A stretch of 43,341 nt of DNA from the IMG/VR virus record IMGVR_UViG_3300032266_001037, positions 1-43,341 of that record. The stretch is one strand, 5' to 3'. This document shows positions 9,161 through 17,276 of the stretch, one piece after another. Source of the DNA: a virus (Duplodnaviria; Caudoviricetes). The notes beneath the pieces were generated by a model that saw only the letters and a list, made by a program, of their open reading frames with translations, was not told the DNA's origin and made no database searches. The stretch's first letter is position 1. Every line of letters starts with the position of its first letter. Position numbers and translations under genes: made by a program.

Positions 9161-9616
9161 CTAGGGAACCTTTGGATAAACTATCTCCAACAAAACTCTA
9201 TCTCTCAACGAAAATATATTCGCTGTTGGTTCACAATTAAACGCCACCCTTTCAATGAAGGACACACAATTAGCGTAGTTACTGTTAGTTAAAGAGCGAA
9301 TTAACGATGCAATTGTTATCTTCAAATTGTCTTTTCTATAATCATGGATTCTCCTAAGTATCTCTGTAGTTTGAAGATAAGACATCGGAAACTCGTAACT
9401 TTCGACTAACTTTCCAACATCCTTTAATGGGGTATCAGATAGTCTAATTCCTAACCCAGATAGGTCTATATAATATTCATACTCTTTGCGTTTTAAGTGC
9501 AAGGAAACATGAGCATATCTGTAGGAAGACCTACCAGTACATGACCCAACAGTGGCAATTAGATAACCTAACACACCTGTTGCACTATGAAAATTTATCC
9601 TTAAGAAATTCTCCAT
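9161..9616 (-). CDS. Permuted papain-like (NlpC/P60 superfamily) protein
   Basis: His before Cys order: YAHVSL ... ANCVSFI, typical of permuted NlpC/P60 (YaeF/LRAT/PPPDE-like) domains. Confidence 0.55.
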   Translation of the reverse strand: MENFLRINFHSATGVLGYLIATVGSCTGRSSYRYAHVSLHLKRKEYEYYIDLSGLGIRLSDTPLKDVGKLVESYEFPMSYLQTTEILRRIHDYRKDNLKITIASLIRSLTNSNYANCVSFIERVAFNCEPTANIFSLRDRVLLEIVYPKVP

Positions 9617-10520
9617 TTCTTATCTCCTTTCTCATCATCGCTAACAAATCGGATAGGGAGTATGCGCCTACGAATAAGTTTTCAGCAGGCACGTTATCTA
9701 CTGTCTTTCCATCCTCTGAGAAATCATCATCCCCCAACTCGGATATGTTTGGCATATTGGATGCCATTTCATGTACGAATGAATGTCTCAACAGATTTAT
9801 ATACATATTCAAAACGCGACTATGTGTTACCGGGCGCGCTTTGAATTCTGTCTCACCTAGGAAAAACTTTTCGTACTTTTTCCTATGATTGTCTGCCCAG
9901 GTCTTCACGGCTACAGCAGGATTCCATTCTCCTACTCTTAGTAACCCTTCGAGCCTAGAGATGTCGTTATAGGAAACACTCACTTTTGTGTCCTTGTCTC
10001 CCCCATAAGACCACCTTGGCGCGTAGTCACTATACCTTGGCTCTTTTCCTCCATTCTTATAATGGACATACATTGAAAATGATATTCCCTTATGGCGTAA
10101 CTTGCCCTCGGTCTCCCAAGAGCAATATGCCATATGATATCCCCTAAGAGCTTTCTTGGTAGCAATAACATCATTCCACTCAGGAGGGGTGTACCTATGT
10201 GGTTTTTTGTAATTCTTGATAGAAAGCGCCAGGTCAACTATCCTATCCGTCATTGGATAGTATCTGTAAGAAATTTGATTGTCGTTAGGATTAATCTCTT
10301 TCCACCATTCCGTCTTGAAATGGTACTTCACCTTCCATCTTTTGACCACTGAACGTATCACTAATAGCCTCAACAAAAACCAAATCTGTTGCCGCTCATG
10401 GTCTGTTATCTTTGATTTTTCTTCATCGGGTAGTCTCAACTTTGCTAATAGTTTAATCCGCCCTTCGTCACCTAAATCTTCAATTTCTTGCAACAACTGA
10501 ATATTGTTTAGTACTCGCAT
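9585..10520 (-). CDS. Hypothetical protein, 311 aa, basic and aromatic-rich
   Basis: Long ORF in the replication operon; no motif recognised. Confidence 0.75.
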   Translation of the reverse strand: MRVLNNIQLLQEIEDLGDEGRIKLLAKLRLPDEEKSKITDHERQQIWFLLRLLVIRSVVKRWKVKYHFKTEWWKEINPNDNQISYRYYPMTDRIVDLALSIKNYKKPHRYTPPEWNDVIATKKALRGYHMAYCSWETEGKLRHKGISFSMYVHYKNGGKEPRYSDYAPRWSYGGDKDTKVSVSYNDISRLEGLLRVGEWNPAVAVKTWADNHRKKYEKFFLGETEFKARPVTHSRVLNMYINLLRHSFVHEMASNMPNISELGDDDFSEDGKTVDNVPAENLFVGAYSLSDLLAMMRKEIRNGEFLKDKFS

Positions 10521-10521
10521 A

Positions 10522-10668
10522 TCACTTACCCGTGTCTACATCGCGGTTACAATTAGGGCATTTTCCTGAAGACTTTTCTAACTCCCACTGTCGAGTCAGA
10601 AAATTATAATACGCATTCGACATACTCATTGCGCCACAATTCGCACAACTGACAATCACTTCTCTCAT
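10522..10668 (-). CDS. Small Cys4 zinc-ribbon protein, 48 aa (missing from the ORF track)
   Basis: GGAGG SD, then MREVIVSCANCGAMSMSNAYYNFLTRQWELEKSSGKCPNCNRDVDTGK*, with two CxxC pairs. Confidence 0.8.
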   Translation of the reverse strand: MREVIVSCANCGAMSMSNAYYNFLTRQWELEKSSGKCPNCNRDVDTGK

Positions 10669-10681
10669 AAATCCTCCAGAT

Positions 10682-10720
10682 AAAAAATGCTTAGGATAGG
10701 TCGTGAATCTATCCTAAGCA
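10682..10720 (-). terminator. Intrinsic terminator downstream of the ParB-like gene
   Basis: Perfect 12-bp stem TGCTTAGGATAG / CTATCCTAAGCA followed by T6 on the minus strand. Confidence 0.8.
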
Positions 10721-10742
10721 ACCTAGGTAGCGATGAGGGATA

Positions 10743-11798
10743 TTATCCCTCAACAATTCTTGGTTTTCTAGAAATACGGACGGAGCTATTCCTCTGAGAT
10801 TTTGGTCTATTTGGTTTCTCTGGTTCTATTTTAACACGTCCAGAACCTTTTACACGGGTTGTTTCTTCGATTGCAGAGAACTCCTTGGGAAGAACAAAAC
10901 TCCCATTGTCTATTGCAATCCGAAATAATACAGAACATGCTCCTCCCATTGAATTTGTGGCGCGTGAGAAGTTTGTCACTCCTGTATTCTGCACTGCTTT
11001 GTGAGACTCAGGAATGTGTTCTACACAAAACAGGATAGCAGATTCTAGGAACTGTTCTGACTTTATCAAATACTTGAAGTCAGACCTATAGCCCTTCATG
11101 TCGTTGAAAAATGCAACACAGTAAGCGCCAATTGTCTCGTCCGATAATCCCTTGTGGTCTAGTTGTTTATCTTTCACTAGTGCCACGGATATCATCCTAA
11201 GCGCGTCCGATAGTTGTTTGCTCTGTGACCCAGACAATCCTCCCATGAAATACTGGGTAATCAATTCTGATGGGGATTCTACATTCACACCTTCGGAACT
11301 GTGTTTTATGCTTGCACCTTCTATCGCCGTGCAGCCACGGGATTTGTTGGACAGAATAATCCTCACTGGATTACTTTTAAGCACGAAACAGGGTAATACG
11401 AATTTGTCTACAAAATCCTCCAGACCCAAATGGGTGAGGATGAATAGAATCGCAGCTATCCGATGTCTACCAGACTCCAGAATCATAGGGTCTGTCCCTA
11501 CTACAATCGGATTGATGAGTGGATTCTTGAATAATAAACCAAACTCACCATACAGCACGGTAAGTACTTTTGCTTCCATGATGGGGCGTTGGACGACTGA
11601 GTCTTCTATGCTCATAAGGGTCTTCAGGGATATGAACTTCACGCTATCCCCCTCTATTCCTTCGATTACAGTGTCCTGCACGAACTGTAATAGCTCAGGA
11701 GACCCTAGATTGAACGCTCCTCTATAGGACTCCAACATCCTGTATATCTTCTGAGTTTGGCTGTCTTGCAGTTCTCTAATGACATAATCGGTTTTCAT
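10743..11798 (-). CDS. Protein with an N-terminal ParB/sulfiredoxin-like domain
   Basis: INPIVV...ILESGRHRIAA matches the ParB-N PIxV...GxHR pattern; basic C-terminal tail; AGGTGG SD before ATG 11798. Confidence 0.6.
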   Translation of the reverse strand: MKTDYVIRELQDSQTQKIYRMLESYRGAFNLGSPELLQFVQDTVIEGIEGDSVKFISLKTLMSIEDSVVQRPIMEAKVLTVLYGEFGLLFKNPLINPIVVGTDPMILESGRHRIAAILFILTHLGLEDFVDKFVLPCFVLKSNPVRIILSNKSRGCTAIEGASIKHSSEGVNVESPSELITQYFMGGLSGSQSKQLSDALRMISVALVKDKQLDHKGLSDETIGAYCVAFFNDMKGYRSDFKYLIKSEQFLESAILFCVEHIPESHKAVQNTGVTNFSRATNSMGGACSVLFRIAIDNGSFVLPKEFSAIEETTRVKGSGRVKIEPEKPNRPKSQRNSSVRISRKPRIVEG

Positions 11799-11940
11799 GT
11801 GATATACCACCTATAAATCTTTTTTGGCAACCTAGGATACTTTGGACACTTTAACAAAATACCCACAATCAATTCTGCGGGGTCTAGAAGGCTCAGGAAG
11901 GTCGGTCTAGGGGGGAGCCTTTACGATGTATCCTGAAGGA

Positions 11941-11970
11941 TATTATATACACCTTGTAGGGTATTACAAA
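11941..11970 (-). promoter_or_regulatory. Putative sigma70 promoter for the replication operon
   Basis: Minus strand TTGTAA-N16-TATAAT upstream of the ParB-like gene. Confidence 0.45.
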
Positions 11971-12047
11971 CGCATGTAACCCATATTGATAACACGTAGA
12001 TAAGCGCGAGTGTTAAGGGATACCATAAATATTTCTTGGTGTACTGA

Positions 12048-12077
12048 TTGACAAAATCAGGGTAGTATCTGTATAAT
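12048..12077 (+). promoter_or_regulatory. Consensus sigma70 promoter, module copy A
   Basis: TTGACA-N18-TATAAT. Confidence 0.85.
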
Positions 12078-12083
12078 CTAATT

Positions 12084-12171
12084 AGCCGCCGAAGGGTTTG
12101 ATATATAAGAAGAGCAGAAGTAAAACGAAACCTGTAAAACGTGAAAACACGAAATACAGGTTTCATTTTTT
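12084..12171 (+). ncRNA. Putative ~90-nt small RNA, copy A
   Basis: Runs from the consensus promoter to the hairpin GAAACCTGTA...TACAGGTTTC-ATTTTTT; no ORF; shares GCCGAAGGGTTT and GTAAAACGTGAAA with copy B. Confidence 0.55.
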
Positions 12172-12198
12172 ATGACAACCCATAGGATGAAGGTTTAC

Positions 12199-12240
12199 AA
12201 GATATAGATTCCAAGCGAATAGCGTAGGAATCTATATCTT
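12199..12240. repeat. 14-bp-stem hairpin with conserved loop, copy A
   Basis: AAGATATAGATTCC-AAGCGAATAGCGTA-GGAATCTATATCTT; inverted paralogue at 21609-21652. Confidence 0.9.
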
Positions 12241-12262
12241 TCTTGGTATGAGATTTAGTCAA

Positions 12263-12914
12263 AGGGTTATAGGACATACGAGTTTGGATAGGTGTTATAG
12301 TGCGTAAGCCCTATATCCATATCTGGAGGATTGTACTCTAGGGATTACCCTGTAACCATATGGATTTATATCTAATACCCCATATATAATATATATATAT
12401 ATAATATATATAATAAATGATTGGATATAGGGTTATTCGACTAGAATAACCCTATATTCAATCGTATGTCTAAGGGTCATAGGGTTATAGGACATACGAG
12501 TTTGGATAGGTGTTAGGTGTTTCAGTCTAGGTGTTAGAGTCTACCCTATAACCCTGTAACCCCTATAGATTCTATGACCCAGTAACGATTAGACTCTATG
12601 ACCCAGTTACTACGCGCTTAAATAACCCTTATTGTGTAAGCCCTACATGGAGTCTAAGGTGTTTGTACTCTAGGGATTACCCTGTAACCAGTAGACCCAA
12701 TCACCCAGTAATTACGCGCTTAGATAACCCTTATTGTGTAAGCCCTAGACTGTATCCTATAACCCTATTCTCTAGGGATTACCCTGTAACCATATGGATT
12801 CTAGATTATATTAGATACCAATACCCCATATATAATATATATAATATATATAATATATATAATATAATCTATTGGATATAGGGTTATTCGACTAGAATAA
12901 CCCTATATCCAATC
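12263..12914. repeat. Origin-like repeat field: iterons, TA tracts and long palindromes
   Basis: 35-mer at 12263 and 12481; TCTAGGGATTACCCTGTAACCA at 12337, 12669 and 12771; ~45-mer at 12601 and 12703; TA-rich tract plus 19-bp-stem palindrome ATTGGATATAGGGTTATTC-GACTA-GAATAACCCTATAT(T/C)CAAT at ~12420 and 12871. Confidence 0.9.
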
Positions 12915-12950
12915 TTCTATCTAAGAGTGATATATCTACTCAGATATTCC

Positions 12951-13163
12951 TTATAGATTAGATTCCATAGAATTATCTATCGGAATATCTTTCGTAGATA
13001 TACAGTCTGCGCGCGTGGAGACCTGTTTTTCCGTGGAGACCTGTGTTTCTGCGCGATATATCACCTCTGGTTGATGGTCTATTGTATCGGGATGCTCGTC
13101 ACCCCGGTAGACGTGCCCGTTGATGATGGTCATACCGATGTTATTGATGGGAATGTTGCGCAT
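12951..13163 (-). CDS. Small early hypothetical protein
   Basis: Last ORF of the early cluster; internal QVST repeat. Confidence 0.5.
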   Translation of the reverse strand: MRNIPINNIGMTIINGHVYRGDEHPDTIDHQPEVIYRAETQVSTEKQVSTRADCISTKDIPIDNSMESNL

Positions 13164-13164
13164 G

Positions 13165-13329
13165 TTATTTTGTGCATTTATCTGTTATGCACGTGTTGTT
13201 GGTTGTATAATGGGGTTGCTGATTGTGGGATGCAAGGGTGGCGAATCCGATTAAGAGTTTGATGAGGAGCGCGCCCAAAATCCAACATAGTAATATCGTA
13301 TTCCAGGAAATAGATGATGAGGTTGTCAT
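13165..13329 (-). CDS. Small membrane protein
   Basis: GGAGGG SD before MTTSS; one hydrophobic segment. Confidence 0.5.
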   Translation of the reverse strand: MTTSSSISWNTILLCWILGALLIKLLIGFATLASHNQQPHYTTNNTCITDKCTK

Positions 13330-13527
13330 AATACCCTCCCGATTGTAGGGGTAATGGGATTTAGGCACAATTGCCTACAACCCTTGGTTCGTTCTAGTAA
13401 ACAGACGCGCGTGGTTTTGGATATAGAACTCACGCGCGTCTGGGTGTATCGTTCATGTCTGGATGATTGTTAAAACAGACCTCCGGAGCCTACCATTGTC
13501 AATAAGATATCCATTGTTGACAATGGT

Positions 13528-13743
13528 TCACGCTGCTATTGATAGTAATCGATTGATGCCATCATTTTGAATTGTTGCCTGGATAAGCGCGCCCGTGACG
13601 AGGTCGGTCACAGGTAGGTCGAACTCAGTCTTGTCTATCCCATTGCAGATAACAATGTGGTAGATAGTGCTGTCGTACTGGGTTACACTGTATAGCACAG
13701 GGTAACGGTCAACAAGCACTGTAGTCGCAATTAACGTTCTCAT
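13528..13743 (-). CDS. Small early hypothetical protein
   Basis: GGGAG SD; overlaps the upstream stop. Confidence 0.55.
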   Translation of the reverse strand: MRTLIATTVLVDRYPVLYSVTQYDSTIYHIVICNGIDKTEFDLPVTDLVTGALIQATIQNDGINRLLSIAA

Positions 13744-13943
13744 GGCGTAGTCTCCCAAGTGTTTTTAAGGAATGTTTCTAGGTCTGTCTCGTATGCGTCT
13801 AGTGACACATAAGAAACTCTATCAGGGATGTCTCGAACAAACTCGTAGGTCTTGTCTTGTGGGACGAGCTTGATACAGTTGGTGGGTGTTCGCATCACCC
13901 ACACTTGACTGTTCTGTATGCACCAATCATACTGGTAATCCAT
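13740..13943 (-). CDS. Small early hypothetical protein
   Basis: GAGG SD; TAATG coupling to the upstream gene. Confidence 0.55.
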   Translation of the reverse strand: MDYQYDWCIQNSQVWVMRTPTNCIKLVPQDKTYEFVRDIPDRVSYVSLDAYETDLETFLKNTWETTP

Positions 13944-14197
13944 TAGAACCTCGCGTTGTGTGTGAGTGTAACTGGGCATTCAATGTTGTACCGACCCAGT
14001 ATCTTTGGGTCATACAACAGAATATCTGTTGACGCCAAATCGGATTCTCCTATGAGCTGGCTCACCAACTCATTTGCACAAGATGTTGGTATTAAACAAT
14101 ACTCATAATTCGTACCTGAGTATAGTTTGTTGAAACTCATCTCATCTACTAGATGTAAACCTCGTTTTGGAACAGAAACCAAGTATAAAAATGTCAT
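13943..14197 (-). CDS. Small early hypothetical protein, 84 aa
   Basis: GAGGA SD before the ATG. Confidence 0.6.
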   Translation of the reverse strand: MTFLYLVSVPKRGLHLVDEMSFNKLYSGTNYEYCLIPTSCANELVSQLIGESDLASTDILLYDPKILGRYNIECPVTLTHNARF

Positions 14198-14209
14198 TGT
14201 TCCTCATCT

Positions 14210-14452
14210 TTACTCATCACCAAAATCTAAAGTCAATTCCGTGTTGGCATGATAGAACAACAGGATGCTAGTAGGGCTTGCGTGTTGCATATCACTGAAT
14301 TCCTGGTCATTGAGTTGCATCCAAGTGTCCATATCAGGAGGGTATGGATACATTCTCTTTGTAGATTCGTCTAGAATAGGTGTCATATGTCCTCCAATTT
14401 GGGTAATTTGTTCCGTTTTTGTCCCAGTCATTAGGTTAATTTGTCCCATCAA
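14210..14452 (-). CDS. Small early hypothetical protein
   Basis: Packed ORF; internal GGAGG-preceded ATG (MTPILD) may be the true start. Confidence 0.5.
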   Translation of the reverse strand: MMGQINLMTGTKTEQITQIGGHMTPILDESTKRMYPYPPDMDTWMQLNDQEFSDMQHASPTSILLFYHANTELTLDFGDE

Positions 14453-14643
14453 TTCTTAGATACTAAGAATAATTCCGGGTACATTAGGAAGGGTTTTACA
14501 GAATCATATCCCCTCACGATGTTCACAACCTTGTGGTCTGACTTGCGCTCGACAACGTACCATCTGTCATCTAGTGTGTGCATGTCACCCTCCATTATTT
14601 TTATGGAATGTAGGTTACTAAAAAACAATAAACCCATACCCAC
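14449..14643 (-). CDS. Small early hypothetical protein
   Basis: Probable start MHTLDD after GGAGGG. Confidence 0.45.
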   Translation of the reverse strand: MGMGLLFFSNLHSIKIMEGDMHTLDDRWYVVERKSDHKVVNIVRGYDSVKPFLMYPELFLVSKN

Positions 14644-14748
14644 TGAATAGACCTAATACTATGGTGGAGACACCGCCTTCTTAGGGCGTGTCCCCATTGA
14701 ATAAATAGTATTCAATGGGCTGGGTTGTTTTGTATGTAGTCTAGGCGT

Positions 14749-15012
14749 TCACACTACGTTTCCATGCAGGTCGTATACAATCGACACGCACAATTCGCGC
14801 GCTTCATTGATAGTGCCTGCTCCCTGTAGGTATTGGACGTAGAACAGGTCTGGTTCATCTTCTGTGGAACAGTCCATGAAATATATTCCGTCGTATCCAG
14901 CGCGTTTTGCTTGGGCACTCAGACTACGGATGCGTCTGTCTGATAGGTCAGGAACACTGACCAACTCAGATGATACGAAATAGTTGTGTTTGGGACGAAA
15001 GACATGAAACAT
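14749..15012 (-). CDS. Early hypothetical protein (start MFHV)
   Basis: ACGGAG SD before ATG 15012. Confidence 0.6.
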   Translation of the reverse strand: MFHVFRPKHNYFVSSELVSVPDLSDRRIRSLSAQAKRAGYDGIYFMDCSTEDEPDLFYVQYLQGAGTINEARELCVSIVYDLHGNVV

Positions 15013-15169
15013 AATTTTCTCCGTTAACAATAAACCTATACCTATTGAATATTCCCTATTCAATAGGTATAGACATACTGTTTTCATGCTCTAGTATGTT
15101 TGACACAATTTTCTCCAAAGGTAGGTTACTAATAATGATTGGGGAAGGTGTGTATCCTCCCCCCATCAT

Positions 15170-15352
15170 TCAATCTTCACTCTCTGGATAATCGGCTGGG
15201 TCATATACCCAACAGTTTGTCCAGCATCCGTCTTCGTCATAAACTTTGTAATGCACTTCGTTTTCAACTACTGTAACTTCCACTCGCGCGCCTTTACTTT
15301 CTAAACGTGCGACGTAGCTTGTATGGTCTTCATGCTCTAGGATATTAAACAT
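15170..15352 (-). CDS. First early gene, acidic 60-aa protein
   Basis: ACGGAG SD; downstream of the strong promoter at 15553-15581. Confidence 0.65.
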   Translation of the reverse strand: MFNILEHEDHTSYVARLESKGARVEVTVVENEVHYKVYDEDGCWTNCWVYDPADYPESED

Positions 15353-15389
15353 AATGTTCTCCGTGGGCTGTCGTGTCGTGTGTATGTTG

Positions 15390-15545
15390 GGAAGGGAACC
15401 CGTCCGCTGGACGTTTGGGTTGATTGGTACCGTATGAAGAGGTTCGTTTACTGCTCTTCATCTCTTGGTGCCTAGGCTCTTGAGCGCTCATCCTGCCCCG
15501 GTATGTTAGTGACTTCCGGTTGTCTGTTTGGTTCTCTTCCCCTCA
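15390..15545 (-). ncRNA. Structured 5' leader RNA of the early operon
   Basis: Closing stem GGGAAGaGAACC / GGTTCcCTTCCC enclosing hairpins ATGAAGAG/CTCTTCAT, CGTCC/GGACG and CCGG/CCGG. Confidence 0.45.
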
Positions 15546-15552
15546 TGCCTAT

Positions 15553-15581
15553 AATATAACAAGCCAGGATGGAAGTGTCAA
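15553..15581 (-). promoter_or_regulatory. Strong sigma70 early promoter
   Basis: TTGACA-N17-TATATT with an extended -10 TG. Confidence 0.85.
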
Positions 15582-16355
15582 TCCCCTATAAAAACGCCTG
15601 TAATGCAATGGTGGTAAGGGTTCCAGCCATTTCAACTTTCATTGATAAGAAACGCTGATGGAAAATTCGTAATTTTTGTGATTGTGGATTTTGGGCTTAT
15701 GGATACGTGTAAATAATAGATTTGAGGGTACCAAAGATTGAAGTTTTTGTCAAATATTCATTCCTTATGGTACAGTCGCTCCCCGATACAGATTCCTTAT
15801 ATGACAAGGGTTTTGGGCGTTTTAGTTAACAATATCTTATGGGAATCCTGAATACGAGAAGTTAAACTTATCTGATTTGAAATTGAAATGGAAAACCCAA
15901 TCTTTCATAGGAATTAGTAATAATATTAGTTAGTGCAGTGGATTTTAACAGTAACCATCAGAAAGATTAATCATATAAATAACATTAATAGGCGCGCGCG
16001 GAGACCTGTGATTTTGCTGATATAAGATATCTATTATTGTCTGGCGATCGAATATAGGGTTATCTATTAGATAATTAGAACATTATATTTTGACGAGATA
16101 GATTTGAATGTTTTATATCAGTAATCCTTATTTGTCTGGCGGTATAATTTTGAATGTTTTATGCGCGCGCATCCGTCAAAATGTTTGATAAGAATAAGTG
16201 ATAGTACAAGTGTTCGATCGCCACATATTCTGATATATGGATTGCTTATATCAGAAATTGTGATATATGGATTGCTTATGGGCAAATGGGGGGTATAAGA
16301 AAAACTTATACCCTCTATCATCACCATAAGTTTTTTGGATGAGTGGGTACCCAAT

Positions 16356-16405
16356 AAAAAAAAAACGCAGAGGATTCTACGTCGCTTGCAGAGTAGAATC
16401 CTCTA
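16356..16405 (-). terminator. Terminator of the parM-dcd operon
   Basis: 12-bp stem AGAGGATTCTAC / GTAGAATCCTCT followed by a T10 run on the minus strand. Confidence 0.75.
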
Positions 16406-16476
16406 TTTATTGCCAACCCCTATAAAGGGTTTGTGGGAGAGAACAAGGTTATAAGAAACAAACTCCCACAAACACC

Positions 16477-16530
16477 ACAATCACGACAATCACGACAATC
16501 ACGACAATCACGACAATCACGACAATCACG
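16477..16530. repeat. (ACAATCACG)6 tandem 9-mer
   Basis: Six perfect copies; the last overlaps the dcd stop codon. Confidence 0.97.
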
Positions 16531-17092
16531 CGCGCGCGGTTATGACTTCGTGCGGTTGATTCTGATACTTACCTCCTCTTGTGTCATAGTCCACAGAACA
16601 CACATTGCCCTCAAAAAACAGTGCTTGGACAATCCCCTCATCCGCGTATATTTTGATAGGAGAAGACGCGCTATTAAACAGTTCTAATGTGAGATGACCT
16701 TTCCATCCTGCCTCACCAGGAGTCGTATTCACTATCAATCCACAGCGCGCGTAAGTAGACTTTCCAATGAACAATGCGGTGATGTCAGAAGGTATCCTCA
16801 ATAGCTCCTTTATGACCCCTAGCGCGTAGGTTTGAGGGGGAATGATATAGTATATACCCGTGTCATCAACGTGCGGATACTGGACGTACAATTGGGTTTG
16901 AGCGTCAAAATGTTTGGGGTCAATAGTAGACGCGGTATTCTTGAATATCTTCAAGGGTACATCAGAAGATAAACGTAAATCGTACCCAAAAGAAGACTGA
17001 CCATAACTAATAGCACCGTTCCTAACCAGAGTAGATTCATAAGGTTCAATCATCCCAACTCTACTAGAGATTTCTTTGTCATTCAATAGCAT
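16526..17092 (-). CDS. dcd: dCTP deaminase
   Basis: ISYGQSSFGYDLRL, GKSTYARCG, PGEAGWKGHLTLE, GKYQNQ; probable start MLLNDKEI. Confidence 0.96.
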   Translation of the reverse strand: MLLNDKEISSRVGMIEPYESTLVRNGAISYGQSSFGYDLRLSSDVPLKIFKNTASTIDPKHFDAQTQLYVQYPHVDDTGIYYIIPPQTYALGVIKELLRIPSDITALFIGKSTYARCGLIVNTTPGEAGWKGHLTLELFNSASSPIKIYADEGIVQALFFEGNVCSVDYDTRGGKYQNQPHEVITARA

Positions 17093-17276
17093 CACATTCA
17101 CTTCCGTAGTAAAGGTCATCCATGAGTACTTGATACGCGCGCGTGTAGGTCTCAATTTCTGATGCAATTACAACCCCATAGGGGTTAACCACTTCAAATT
17201 GAACAACCCCTTCAACCATGTTCCGTATAGTGTAACCGCTAGTCTTCTTCATCGTAATCATAGTCGTCATCATCAC
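17079..17276 (-). CDS. Small hypothetical protein
   Basis: Fills the gap between the T5orf172 gene and dcd; start uncertain. Confidence 0.4.
   Translation of the reverse strand: MMMTTMITMKKTSGYTIRNMVEGVVQFEVVNPYGVVIASEIETYTRAYQVLMDDLYYGSECDAIE

Noticed and set aside
12337-12358. Resemblance of TAGGGATTACCCTGT to the I-SceI site
   Set aside because: Only a 10-nt partial match; the intron endonuclease should target the capsid exon junction instead.
11921-12881. ORFs 11921-12166 (-) and 12663-12881 (+)
   Set aside because: They overlay the promoter module and repeats, lack SD sequences, and translate the repeats (YNIYNI).
12871-12913. Protelomerase (telRL) target of a linear phage-plasmid
   Set aside because: The palindrome has a 5-nt asymmetric centre and I recognise no protelomerase or tyrosine recombinase.
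12263-12914. Possible CRISPR mini-array
   Set aside because: Repeats belong to several families, are irregularly spaced, and are separated by other repeats rather than unique spacers.
15440-15500. Hammerhead ribozyme in the early leader
   Set aside because: It has GGATGAG rather than CUGANGA and no correctly placed GAAA.
16118-16687. ORFs 16118-16354 (-) and 16433-16687 (+)
   Set aside because: Products of repeats (QSR x6) or antisense to dcd; weak starts.
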